NCBI GenBank assembly: GCA_034004515.1
Contig: JAVEWN010000006.1
Coordinates: 6,615-70,614 of the forward strand
Length of the DNA: 64,000 nt
Source of the DNA: Anaerolineales bacterium
GTDB taxonomy: Bacteria; Chloroflexota; Anaerolineae; Anaerolineales; Villigracilaceae
Direction: 5' to 3'
Within the stretch, counting starts at the first letter, position 1. Every line of letters starts with the position of its first letter. This document shows positions 42,943 to 51,744 of this stretch, in pieces. Position numbers and translations under genes: made by a program. The notes beneath the pieces are model-generated. The model made no database searches, was not told where the DNA came from, and saw only the letters and a list, made by a program, of their open reading frames with translations.

Positions 42943-43746
42943 TCAACCTCGCCTGACCAACGCTGCCAGGAGGATGCTGACCAGGTACAGGCCCATCAGC
43001 GGCAGCATCACCAATCCCATGTTGACCGGGTCAACCGTGGGTGTAACCGCCGCAGCGACGATCGCCATGATCACCAGGGCATAGCGCCAGCCTTCCAGCA
43101 GCTGTTTTGCGGAGACGAATTTCAGCTTGGCCAGGAACATAATCACCAGCGGCATTTCAAAACAGAGGCCGATCCAGAACATTAAGCGTGTGATGAAATC
43201 GAAATAGTTTTCAGGGCGAACCTGGGTGGTAATGCCCAGAAAATTCGTCAGGAAAGGGACTGCCGTCGGCAGCATTACAAACCAGGTGAAAGCCACTCCG
43301 CCCGCAAAGAGGATCGTCGCAAAAGGCACGATGAGCAGTAGCCAGCGGCGTTCGCTCGTTTTCAGGCCGGGCAGGATGAAGGCCATCAACTGATAAATGA
43401 TGAAGGGCATCCCCAGGATGAACCCGCCCAGCAGGGAAACCTTCATAAAGGTGGCGATGTTCTCGGTAATCTCGATTGAGATTAGTTTCTCCGTGCCGCC
43501 GATCGGCGCGGCCAGGTAATCGATAATCTGCTGCGCGAAGATAAAGCTGAAAGCGGTCGCGGCCACCAGCGCGGCAAACGCCTTGAACAGCCTGCGACGC
43601 AGTTCGTCCAGGTGCTGAAGCAAGGGGGCCGAAGTTTCAAGCTGGGTGCTGGCTTTTTGATGGGCGCGTCCAAATGCGCCCAAGTAGCCAGCCCAGTTCC
43701 GTTTGGCCTTCTTCTCCGCTAACGTTTCCTTGTCACGCGCAGACAT
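42943..43746 (-). CDS. tatC: Twin-arginine translocase subunit TatC
   Basis: LLQHLDELRRRL start region, six TM helices, conserved TatC layout. Confidence 0.9.
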   Translation of the reverse strand: MSARDKETLAEKKAKRNWAGYLGAFGRAHQKASTQLETSAPLLQHLDELRRRLFKAFAALVAATAFSFIFAQQIIDYLAAPIGGTEKLISIEITENIATFMKVSLLGGFILGMPFIIYQLMAFILPGLKTSERRWLLLIVPFATILFAGGVAFTWFVMLPTAVPFLTNFLGITTQVRPENYFDFITRLMFWIGLCFEMPLVIMFLAKLKFVSAKQLLEGWRYALVIMAIVAAAVTPTVDPVNMGLVMLPLMGLYLVSILLAALVRRG

Positions 43747-43926
43747 TTATTCCTTCGCGGCTTTATCCGCTGAGGCGTTCTCGTCTGGTTTGCCAGAGAG
43801 TCCTTCGCGGAATTCGCGCATCCCTTTCCCCAATTCACCAGCGATCTTGCCAATCCGTCCCACGCCGAAGAGCAGGACAATGATAACCAGGATGATGAGC
43901 AGTTCGGGCGTTCCCAAGCCAAACAT
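43747..43926 (-). CDS. tatA: Twin-arginine translocase subunit TatA (59 aa, missing from the ORF track)
   Basis: Hand translation: AAGGAG RBS, ATG at 43926, MFGLGTPELLIILVIIVLLFGVGRIGKIAGELGKGMREFREGLSGKPDENASADKAAKE, TAA at 43747-43749, directly abutting the tatC start. Confidence 0.85.
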   Translation of the reverse strand: MFGLGTPELLIILVIIVLLFGVGRIGKIAGELGKGMREFREGLSGKPDENASADKAAKE

Positions 43927-43936
43927 AGTATTCTCC

Positions 43937-45259
43937 TTATATATCCGATAAACGAAAATCTTTAGGGTAGGTCAGGTCAAGTTTGAGTTCCCGCAGGTAG
44001 GTTTCCCCGCCACGCTCCTCGAGGACGTTAGTCGATATACCCACCTCGATATCGAGTTTTTTCAACATCCTGATCTTGCTGACATGAAAAACAAGGCTGC
44101 CGGGCTTGTCACCGGCCCTGTAATCGCGATAGCCATTCTTTTGGAAAGCCGCCTTTGCGATTTCGGCGTCTTTGCCAAAGACCTTGGCCGCCTTCAAGAA
44201 GTAGTCGCGGCGTGAAAAGTATAGCACATTCATTTTAACGGGCTTCAGATCCTGCTGATAAATCTGGCCGGTGTGTTTGTTTTCGAGCGAGCAGTAATGG
44301 ACGCCCAGTTGCAGGCCTTGCTCCAAAGCAAACTCGATCAGGTCGAGGCAGGCCTGCTCACTGCCGGCCACAGGCAGCCCGCCGGCATACCAGTAGTTGT
44401 ACAGCACCCGGAAAGGCCGGGCTTTGATCAGATAGCCGCGCGCGCGGTATTCCTGGGCGTTGTGGAGCGGGAAACAAAATTCGAGCAAGTTGATTCCGAA
44501 GACGCCCAAACGCTCCAGTTCAAGCAAAATTTCCTGCATGGCCTCCCGCGAATCGGGTAAAACCGGCATCTCGACCATGACGTTCGGGATATACTCACGC
44601 GCCAGAGCGATCTGGTCGAAGGTGTGCTGGCGCGCGGTGGGCGTATCTTCAACCCGAATGCTGAAACGGATTTCATCCATGCCGGCCTCTTTGAAGGCCT
44701 GCAAGGTCTCACGCTCCAGCTGATCGCCGCAGGTGTAAAGACGCGTATAGGCTTTGGGAAAGTTCTGGCGGGCATGTTGGAAAAAGTTGATCGTTTCTTC
44801 TTTGTAAAGCAAGGGTTCACCGCCGGTCAGAGCCAAATGCTGGGCAGGCCCGCCGCTCTGTTGGAGGGCGTCCAGTTCGGCGGCTACGTCGCGTTTATGC
44901 TCGCGGTGATGCTGATAGTCTTCCTGGTTCGGGTTGAAACAGAAAAAACAATCGCGGTGACATTTAAGCGAGATAAAGAATGTTCTGCTGCCAATGCCGC
45001 GCTGGCAAGCCAGGCAACCGCCCGAGATGCGCTGGGTATAGACGCTTTTCGCATCATTGCGCACGATTGCGCCGCGTTTACCCAGATCAGACAGGCGCTG
45101 GGCCACCTGCTGGCTGTCATCCAGCGCTTCAACGTCGAGGCCCATCTGGCGCACCTGATCCATGAAATCCTGATAGATTTGGACGTACTGCCCGGCCTGT
45201 GACCTCAGTTCAGGGTTGCGGATGGAGGCCAGTGTACTCTCGTTGATCTCAATAATCAT
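43937..45259 (-). CDS. Radical SAM protein, unknown substrate
   Basis: CX3CX2C cluster CHRDCFFC at about residue 100 and a GGEPLL SAM-binding motif. Overlaps the upstream gene by 11 nt. Confidence 0.85.
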   Translation of the reverse strand: MIIEINESTLASIRNPELRSQAGQYVQIYQDFMDQVRQMGLDVEALDDSQQVAQRLSDLGKRGAIVRNDAKSVYTQRISGGCLACQRGIGSRTFFISLKCHRDCFFCFNPNQEDYQHHREHKRDVAAELDALQQSGGPAQHLALTGGEPLLYKEETINFFQHARQNFPKAYTRLYTCGDQLERETLQAFKEAGMDEIRFSIRVEDTPTARQHTFDQIALAREYIPNVMVEMPVLPDSREAMQEILLELERLGVFGINLLEFCFPLHNAQEYRARGYLIKARPFRVLYNYWYAGGLPVAGSEQACLDLIEFALEQGLQLGVHYCSLENKHTGQIYQQDLKPVKMNVLYFSRRDYFLKAAKVFGKDAEIAKAAFQKNGYRDYRAGDKPGSLVFHVSKIRMLKKLDIEVGISTNVLEERGGETYLRELKLDLTYPKDFRLSDI

Positions 45260-46451
45260 CGGGCTGCTCCACTGCTACAGGTTTGTTCCGTTTAAATCCG
45301 GGCGGCAGGACAGAACCAAACCGGTTTTCACGGCGGTATTGGCACAGCTCGCACAGCCGCGTGGCCCCGCGTTTTGCCGTCAGCGCGGCGCACTGCTCAC
45401 ATTTGATCAACTCACCCGCCTGGAGGACAGCGATGGCGTCCCCAAAAATATCCGCAAACTGGGGCGAACGGTCGAGGCGGATGGCATCCGGCGCGCAAAC
45501 GTGGACGCACAATCCGCAAGCCACGCAGTCCGGCGCGGCGAATTTTAGGGCGAAGGTGGTTTGGTCTTCATCTTTTTCAAACTGCAAAGCGCCGGTTGGG
45601 CAGGCCCGCGCGCAGGCGGCGCAGGCGGTGCAGGCTGCACTGACTTGGAGCGAGCCGAATCCAAACTCTCCCAGGTTTAAGTTTTCAGCCGCGCTGGGGG
45701 CAGGCAAATGGCCGAGTGCGTTGACGGTGCGTTTGTGGTTGCGCCCGGGGCGCGGGCCAGCCTGAGTCTGTCCATATTGCATGGCGCGCGCCATCGCAAC
45801 CTGACCCTGGCGGGCCAGCATCCGAAACAGGTCGCGCCGCGAGAGCGGCGGGTTGCTGGCGTTCCAGAGCGGGCGCTCGATTGCCTGGTCGAGGCCGGAG
45901 ACGCAGCGCAACGAGTCGCCGCGACCCCAGGCTGCAAGCAGCTCTTTGGCGCGCGCAACCTGGGCTTCGACTTCGGGCTGCAAAGCGGCCCATTTGCAAG
46001 TGGAACAGGCATCAGTCCGGGCCACGACCTGTTCGAGGCCGAGCGCGGCCAGGGCCAGGTAAGTCCCGCTCCCCAGCCCGGCGAGACAGCCTCGAACCTG
46101 GATGCCCACGCTCGTTTGGGCGATGCCGGCCTCGCAAGCAGGATTCAACTCACAAAGCAGTTCGAGGGTCTGATCTTCCAGGTGGGTGACAGCGTTCAGA
46201 AGCGGCGTGACCGCATCGTCCGCGCTGTACGCGCCGACCGGGCAGACCGTCAGGCAGGCCAAACAGCCCTCGCATTTTTTCGGGTCGAGGCTTGGCGGTT
46301 GGCCGGGCGTAATCGCGCCGACCGGGCAGATATTAAAACATGCCGCGCACTCTGAATGCTGGTCACGCGTATGCAGGCAGCGTTCAGCATCCAAAATGAC
46401 TTGCGAACGGTCAAGTGAGGCAAACCGTTCGGCAGCATCGAGCAGACTCAT
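45249..46451 (-). CDS. Multi-cluster 4Fe-4S ferredoxin-domain protein (about 400 aa)
   Basis: Start moved to the ATG at 46451 (ATGA overlap with torD-like). Motifs CAACFNICPVG, CEGCLACLTVCPVG, CTACAACARACPTG and CVACGLCVHVCAPD, plus extra Cys pairs. Confidence 0.8.
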   Translation of the reverse strand: MSLLDAAERFASLDRSQVILDAERCLHTRDQHSECAACFNICPVGAITPGQPPSLDPKKCEGCLACLTVCPVGAYSADDAVTPLLNAVTHLEDQTLELLCELNPACEAGIAQTSVGIQVRGCLAGLGSGTYLALAALGLEQVVARTDACSTCKWAALQPEVEAQVARAKELLAAWGRGDSLRCVSGLDQAIERPLWNASNPPLSRRDLFRMLARQGQVAMARAMQYGQTQAGPRPGRNHKRTVNALGHLPAPSAAENLNLGEFGFGSLQVSAACTACAACARACPTGALQFEKDEDQTTFALKFAAPDCVACGLCVHVCAPDAIRLDRSPQFADIFGDAIAVLQAGELIKCEQCAALTAKRGATRLCELCQYRRENRFGSVLPPGFKRNKPVAVEQPDDY

Positions 46452-47152
46452 AGCGTGGCTACCTTCGGCAGGGGCACTTGCAGCATCTGGGCCGCGGCCA
46501 ACAGCGCGCCATGCGCCAGATGGGCCATTCCGCGATAGAAATCGGTCGAGGCGTGCTGCTTGGCCAGGGTCGCCCAAGCCGGCCCCCAGCGCAGGAGATG
46601 CTCCAAGAGAAAATCACGCTGAGCTTGCAGGACATCGTCCAGCGATTGCTGATCTGCCTGTTCGATTGCCCGCAAGCCGCGCGAGGCAAGGTGAGACACA
46701 AAAAGCAGTTCCAAACCGATGTGATCGTCTGGTTCCTTGTTAATTTGTTCGATCTGCATCCCAAAACGCGCATACCAGTTGCGCACCTGAATGGTTTGCT
46801 CCTGGAAGACGAGCCGCTCGTTGTTGAAGTAAACCGATTCCCAGGGAACCGCGGGCATGGAACCCAAGCCAATAAACAAGCGGGTATAGTCCATTCTCAG
46901 ATCATTAAATTTCTGGTCAGAAATGCCGCCGGCCTGTTCGTCCGCCCACTTTTGGAGAATTTCCAAGCCGCGCACGATTTCGATCTGGGCTGCGCCAAAC
47001 GGCGATTCGCTAAAGACCTCGTCGCTGACCAATTGATTCAGCCATTCACGGTCTGGCTCCTGGTAGAGCGCTCTGCCGAGCAAGCTGAATAGTAATACTT
47101 CTCCGACAAGTGCTGCCGTTAAGTCGTCTGTTAAGATCATTTTATTGTTCAT
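46448..47152 (-). CDS. TorD/DmsD-family molybdoenzyme maturation chaperone
   Basis: DYTRLFIG...PWESVY...DHIGLELLF pattern typical of the TorD/DmsD family. Confidence 0.8.
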   Translation of the reverse strand: MNNKMILTDDLTAALVGEVLLFSLLGRALYQEPDREWLNQLVSDEVFSESPFGAAQIEIVRGLEILQKWADEQAGGISDQKFNDLRMDYTRLFIGLGSMPAVPWESVYFNNERLVFQEQTIQVRNWYARFGMQIEQINKEPDDHIGLELLFVSHLASRGLRAIEQADQQSLDDVLQAQRDFLLEHLLRWGPAWATLAKQHASTDFYRGMAHLAHGALLAAAQMLQVPLPKVATL

Positions 47153-47164
47153 TGCGTCTCCAAT

Positions 47165-50140
47165 TTAATTCTGGCGGATTTTGAAGCGCCGCCAGGCTAA
47201 GTATAGGCCTCTGATTAAGAATGCTGCAATAACAATCAGCACCACTATATACGTAACGAAGGTCACAGCTTGGGCAATGTTAATTCCAATTTGGGCCAGG
47301 CGGTCACGGATTTGGGCCGGGAGGGAGGGTTCCCATTTGGCTGGCAAGAGGGTTTCATCCCCGCGTGGAAGCGACACAACCAGCGTTCCCTCATGAGCGA
47401 CCGGGATGGGGAGATTCTGTTCGGAAAGGAAAACCATTTCTCCGGCTCTGACTGGCACTTCCTGCCCGTCCCGCGTCCGAATGAGGGCTTCTCCCTCGAA
47501 CAAATACAACCAACCGCCCCGCGCCGGGTGATATTCCAAAGCAAAGGAACCGCGCGTTAGCGTGATCTGTTTGCCCGCCACGCGGAAATTGAGTGCTTCG
47601 GCCTTTTGGTTCTGGCCCCAGACCCAGCCGGTTGCCAGGCTGCGAATCCCCAGCGATTCTTCGGAGATCGTCTCAGGCGGTAGGGTGATGTTTCCATCTC
47701 CCCAGGGCAGGAGCCTGGTTTCTGGCTGGCGAACCAGTGCAAAGTCGATCTTCTGGGCCGGCCCGTCCGCCAGGTCCACCACCCGGGCCTGGCTGTAATA
47801 ACCGGGCGCGTTGGCAATCAGGGTGGCTTTTAGCGGGTCGAGGCCAAAGATGCGATACTCCCCGTTAAGCGGATTAACGGGGGAGGCCGGGTCTGAGGCG
47901 GCTGTCGCCCAGCCAAAGGGCAGCGAGACTCCATCCTGGCCGGACAAGCGCCCGGCAGCCCAGGCGTTGCCAGTCTTCTGGATCTCGATTGTGATCTCAG
48001 CTTGAGCATCTTTGGTCAGATCAACCTGGGAGGCGGCCGCCTGGTAGCCGCGTCTGTTCGCGGATGGATCCAGAAACAGCTGGTATTTACCGCTCGGCAG
48101 GTCGGCGAAGGTGAAATTTCCATTTTCCGCCAGCGTGGTGTGGGAGGTTCCATCCGGCAGATGGACAGCCCAGATCTCGAACGGTTCGAGCCGGTCGGGG
48201 CTGGTCAACTGTCCGCTGATCTGGCCCTGACTGGTGCGGACAAAGACTGTCACCGGATCGTGGCCGGCTGCGCCGGGCGCAAGCTCTACCACAACCGATT
48301 CGAGGCTCTCGTACAAATATCCATTCAGGGAAGTGGGCGGAACGCTGATCGTGTATTGGGTCGCGGCCTGGGAAAGGGCTTCGAGGGACAGCCGGGCAAT
48401 GCCGTTCGCGTCGCTGGTTTCGCCTGCAAATTGGTCGCGCCATTCATACAGGATGGCCGCCGCGCGCACAGAAAGCCCGGAAATGGGCTCGCCATTCTTG
48501 CTATCAAGCACGCGCACGTCCATTTCCAAATCCCTGCCCGTATCGACAGTAAACCAGCGTTCGTCCGAAGCCTGCCCGCCATTCGGAGAAGCAGCCGTGA
48601 TGAGAAGTTGAACCTGTCCATCTGGCAGGGAAGCCTGGCTTTTGAATTCCTCGTGACAGGAGGCGCAATCCGGGTCAGCAGCTTTGGCTCCGGCCACGAT
48701 CATGGCCCCCTCCGGGTTGATGGCAAGGCTGAAGGTAAATGCACCATCCGACTCTGGTTGGGTGAATAATTCGGCAGTCCGTTGCCCGCCCGACCAGATT
48801 TCCATTCTGACGGTAACTTCGTTTTGCGGGCCAGTATAAAATACGCGCCCAACCACAAATGCCGGAGAAAAATTGCGTCCGCTGCTATACAACGTTTCCC
48901 CATTGGTGGGGTAGTTGATCTGAACCGCGAGATTTTCAGACGAGATCGGAAGCCCGACCGGGTCGGCGGGTGGAAGATAGGTAATCGGAGATACCGCCTT
49001 GCTTGAGCGCGGGAAGAAGGGGCACCAGTTCATGCTGACGCCATTGACATGGCACGATTCGCAGCTCATTTGAATGACGCGCGGCGGGGCGCTCATCCCG
49101 ATTGGATGGTGACAGGCCCGACAGTCGCTGGGAGTATCTGCCTGCGGAAAATCTGCGGCGCTCGGGTTACTTAAATCCCACAGCCGGAGCGTGTTGTCGC
49201 TCGAACCCGAAGCGACGGTTTTTCCATCCGGGGCGAAGGCGACGCTGTAAACAAAATCCGTGTGTCCCACCAGGGTGCGCAGCAGGCGGCCATCAGCCGT
49301 GTCCCATAACTTGACGGTGGCATCGACAGACCCGCTCGCCAGGCTTTTGCCGTCGGGTGAGAAGGATAAACTCAGGACGCTGGCGCGATGGTCAGCAAGG
49401 AAATATTTTATCTGGCCCGAAGCAACATCCCATAAAATGACTTTGGTATCGAACGCGCCCGAAGCCAGCGTTTTGCCATCGGGCGAGAAGGCCAGCCCCC
49501 GCACCCAATCCTTGTGCCCCTTAAGCGTTTTGACCAAACTCCCGCTTGAAGCATTCAACAACTGGACGGTGGTATCCTGCAAGCCCACCGCGAGCAGCTC
49601 GTCATCCGGCGAGAACACCAAGACTCGCGCCCCAGGCGAACCGGCGATGGACAAGGCCTCGCTCCCGCTTTCAACGTTCCAAATCCGGATGATGTCATCA
49701 TCCGCAGCGGTCGCAAGCAAAGCGCCATCCGAAGAGAAGGCAATACTGCGCACCCAGCCGTTATGGGCGGCAATCGTTCGGATTTCCTTTTCGTCAGAAA
49801 GACGCCAAAAGCGGAGTGTGCCATCGAACAATCCCGCAGCGACGGTCTGTCCATCCGGGGAAAAAGCCACGCTGCGCGCCCAGACTGCGGTGCTAAAAAA
49901 ATGCGCCTGTGAGAATTGCTGTGTATCAAAAATGGAAACGCCCGCAGATCTGGCAACTGCCAGCCATTTGCCATCCGGGGAATAAGCGACCGAATTGGCG
50001 ATGTCGCGTCCGGCGCTGGAAAGAGTAATAACACGGCTGCCGCCATCCGGAGACAACTGGAAAGCGGTGGAAGGAGTCGGAAAGCAGAATGAAATCAGAA
50101 TAATAACTGAAAGGGTCAGTAAATAGCGTTTGAGAGCCAT
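47165..50140 (-). CDS. Fusion protein: signal/anchor, 7 WD40 repeats, three CxxCH heme motifs, Ig-like domains, a FecR-like domain, C-terminal TM helix
   Basis: Start moved to the ATG at 50140 (MALKRYLLTLSVIILISF). WD40 repeats are of the form GH.D.V.S.AFSPDGK.LASGS.D.T..LWD. CRACH is encoded at 49109-49123, CESCH at 49049-49063 and CASCH at 48653-48667. The FecR-like stretch is GKQITLTRGSFALEY...GEALIRTRDGQEVPVRAGEMVFL. The C-terminal helix is VTFVTYIVVLIVIAAFLI. Confidence 0.8.
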   Translation of the reverse strand: MALKRYLLTLSVIILISFCFPTPSTAFQLSPDGGSRVITLSSAGRDIANSVAYSPDGKWLAVARSAGVSIFDTQQFSQAHFFSTAVWARSVAFSPDGQTVAAGLFDGTLRFWRLSDEKEIRTIAAHNGWVRSIAFSSDGALLATAADDDIIRIWNVESGSEALSIAGSPGARVLVFSPDDELLAVGLQDTTVQLLNASSGSLVKTLKGHKDWVRGLAFSPDGKTLASGAFDTKVILWDVASGQIKYFLADHRASVLSLSFSPDGKSLASGSVDATVKLWDTADGRLLRTLVGHTDFVYSVAFAPDGKTVASGSSDNTLRLWDLSNPSAADFPQADTPSDCRACHHPIGMSAPPRVIQMSCESCHVNGVSMNWCPFFPRSSKAVSPITYLPPADPVGLPISSENLAVQINYPTNGETLYSSGRNFSPAFVVGRVFYTGPQNEVTVRMEIWSGGQRTAELFTQPESDGAFTFSLAINPEGAMIVAGAKAADPDCASCHEEFKSQASLPDGQVQLLITAASPNGGQASDERWFTVDTGRDLEMDVRVLDSKNGEPISGLSVRAAAILYEWRDQFAGETSDANGIARLSLEALSQAATQYTISVPPTSLNGYLYESLESVVVELAPGAAGHDPVTVFVRTSQGQISGQLTSPDRLEPFEIWAVHLPDGTSHTTLAENGNFTFADLPSGKYQLFLDPSANRRGYQAAASQVDLTKDAQAEITIEIQKTGNAWAAGRLSGQDGVSLPFGWATAASDPASPVNPLNGEYRIFGLDPLKATLIANAPGYYSQARVVDLADGPAQKIDFALVRQPETRLLPWGDGNITLPPETISEESLGIRSLATGWVWGQNQKAEALNFRVAGKQITLTRGSFALEYHPARGGWLYLFEGEALIRTRDGQEVPVRAGEMVFLSEQNLPIPVAHEGTLVVSLPRGDETLLPAKWEPSLPAQIRDRLAQIGINIAQAVTFVTYIVVLIVIAAFLIRGLYLAWRRFKIRQN

Positions 50141-50209
50141 GAATTGTCCTGATAAGGACAGGGGCGGATATAAATCCGCCCCTGTCCTGTGTAAAGAGCA
50201 AGCAGGCAA

Positions 50210-51106
50210 CTACAGACCAATACCCACTTTCGTTGCGTAGAAGATGTAGCGTCCCATCGTCTCGCCTAGCAGGACAAGGATGAAGGCGCTGTAGACCACA
50301 TTCGCCAGGACCGCTTCCCGGCCCACGACAGAAGCATTCTTATACATATAGAAGGCCAGCAAGCCCGCTCCGGCGAAGACAAAGACCAGGCGCAGAACAA
50401 ACATGCCGCCCAGCGGGCCGATCATCAGACCGAGGCTCTCCAGCGCGGCTGCGCCCTGGGTGGAAAGGTAGATGGCGTAGACTGGCAGGACTACGAACTC
50501 AACGCCCACCAAGACGATCGCCGCCAGCGCGATACCACGCAGGGCGTCGCGAAACAGGCTGAGTTGGATCTCATCTTTGGAACGGGTTGCCACCAAGGCC
50601 ACGGCCACCAGCAACGCGCCCAGCAAAAGGGAGGTCGTGATGAAGGTGATCGGCGTGGCAAAGGTATTCCAAGCCGGTTGGGTGCGGATCATGTAGACCT
50701 GGGCCATGGCATAGGTCTGAAACAAGCCGACCGCGGCGGCAACCCAGCCAATGACCGTGCGAACGGAATCGGATGATATTTTGCGCCACTGCATGACGGT
50801 GTAAATCCCCGCCAGGATCACAAAGATCACGACAATAATCACCTCACGGCTCAGCCAGGATGAGCCCAGGTTGGGGACAGCCCGGGTAATGTTAAGCGGG
50901 TTTCCCAGGTGCAGCAGGGAGGCCAGCAGAGCCAGCAGAATGATGGGCACGACGATAAAAAGCGGCTTATCGGTCAGCCGATCGGCCTGTTCCAGGCCCG
51001 CTTTGCGGACAGCATAGGTGCGAACGATCAAGAGGATGATCAACGCGCCAGTTGAAACCTGTCCGAGGATAGTAAAGATGAGCAAAGACCATTCACGGAT
51101 ATCCAT
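50210..51106 (-). CDS. DmsC-type membrane anchor subunit (8 helices)
   Basis: Polytopic protein immediately after the DmsB-like gene. MDIREWSLLIFTIL..., SSWLSRE and MAQVYMIRTQPAWN motifs are shared with the paralog at 55069-55989. Confidence 0.8.
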   Translation of the reverse strand: MDIREWSLLIFTILGQVSTGALIILLIVRTYAVRKAGLEQADRLTDKPLFIVVPIILLALLASLLHLGNPLNITRAVPNLGSSWLSREVIIVVIFVILAGIYTVMQWRKISSDSVRTVIGWVAAAVGLFQTYAMAQVYMIRTQPAWNTFATPITFITTSLLLGALLVAVALVATRSKDEIQLSLFRDALRGIALAAIVLVGVEFVVLPVYAIYLSTQGAAALESLGLMIGPLGGMFVLRLVFVFAGAGLLAFYMYKNASVVGREAVLANVVYSAFILVLLGETMGRYIFYATKVGIGL

Positions 51107-51118
51107 ATCACTTCTCCT

Positions 51119-51733
51119 TTAATCGATATTCAGAACTTTGCCGCCGCCAGATTTGGAGGTGCGGGTATCCTTGTGGGGAGTGTAGACGATGGCGGGCCGG
51201 GTCAGGGACGGGTCAGGCATGGGAGCCGGGTTGTTGAGCACTCCGTGTTTGGCTTTCAGTTCATTGATATCGCCATATTCCAGTGCGCGGTAAGGGCAGG
51301 CTTCGACACAGGCCGGCTTTCCGCCCTTTTCCTGAAGCTCGATGCAGAAATCGCACTTCGTCATAACGCCCGCATCCTCGTTGAACTGCGGCGCACCGTA
51401 CGGGCAAGCCCAGGAGCAGTAGCGGCATCCGATACATTGATCGGGATTGATGAGAACGATCCCATCCTCCCGTTTGCTGATGGCAGAGGCCGGGCAAACT
51501 TCCATGCAGATCGGCTGTTCGCAGTGCATACAGGCGGTGGAGACGAAGTAATGGAAGACGCCGCTCGGTACGCTCTGGTCGCCATCCTGAATCCATTCGC
51601 CGCCGCCGTATTCGTAGACACGCCGCCAGCGCACCCCGGTCGGTAAATCTTTGCGGTCTTTGCAGGCAATCTCGCAGGCTTTACAGCCTGTGCAGTTTGC
51701 CAGGTTAACATAGAAACCAAGTTGTTTAGCCAT
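51119..51733 (-). CDS. 4Fe-4S electron-transfer subunit of a DMSO-reductase-family enzyme (DmsB-like)
   Basis: Four Cys groups: CTGCKACEIAC, CMHCEQPICMEVCP, CIGCRYCSWACPYG and CDFC...CVEACP. Confidence 0.9.
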   Translation of the reverse strand: MAKQLGFYVNLANCTGCKACEIACKDRKDLPTGVRWRRVYEYGGGEWIQDGDQSVPSGVFHYFVSTACMHCEQPICMEVCPASAISKREDGIVLINPDQCIGCRYCSWACPYGAPQFNEDAGVMTKCDFCIELQEKGGKPACVEACPYRALEYGDINELKAKHGVLNNPAPMPDPSLTRPAIVYTPHKDTRTSKSGGGKVLNID

Positions 51734-51744
51734 GATAATCTCCT

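Noticed and set aside
43719-43922. 67-aa ORF from the track
   Set aside because: Wrong frame. The same DNA in another minus-strand frame encodes a textbook 59-aa TatA (43747-43926) with an AAGGAG RBS.
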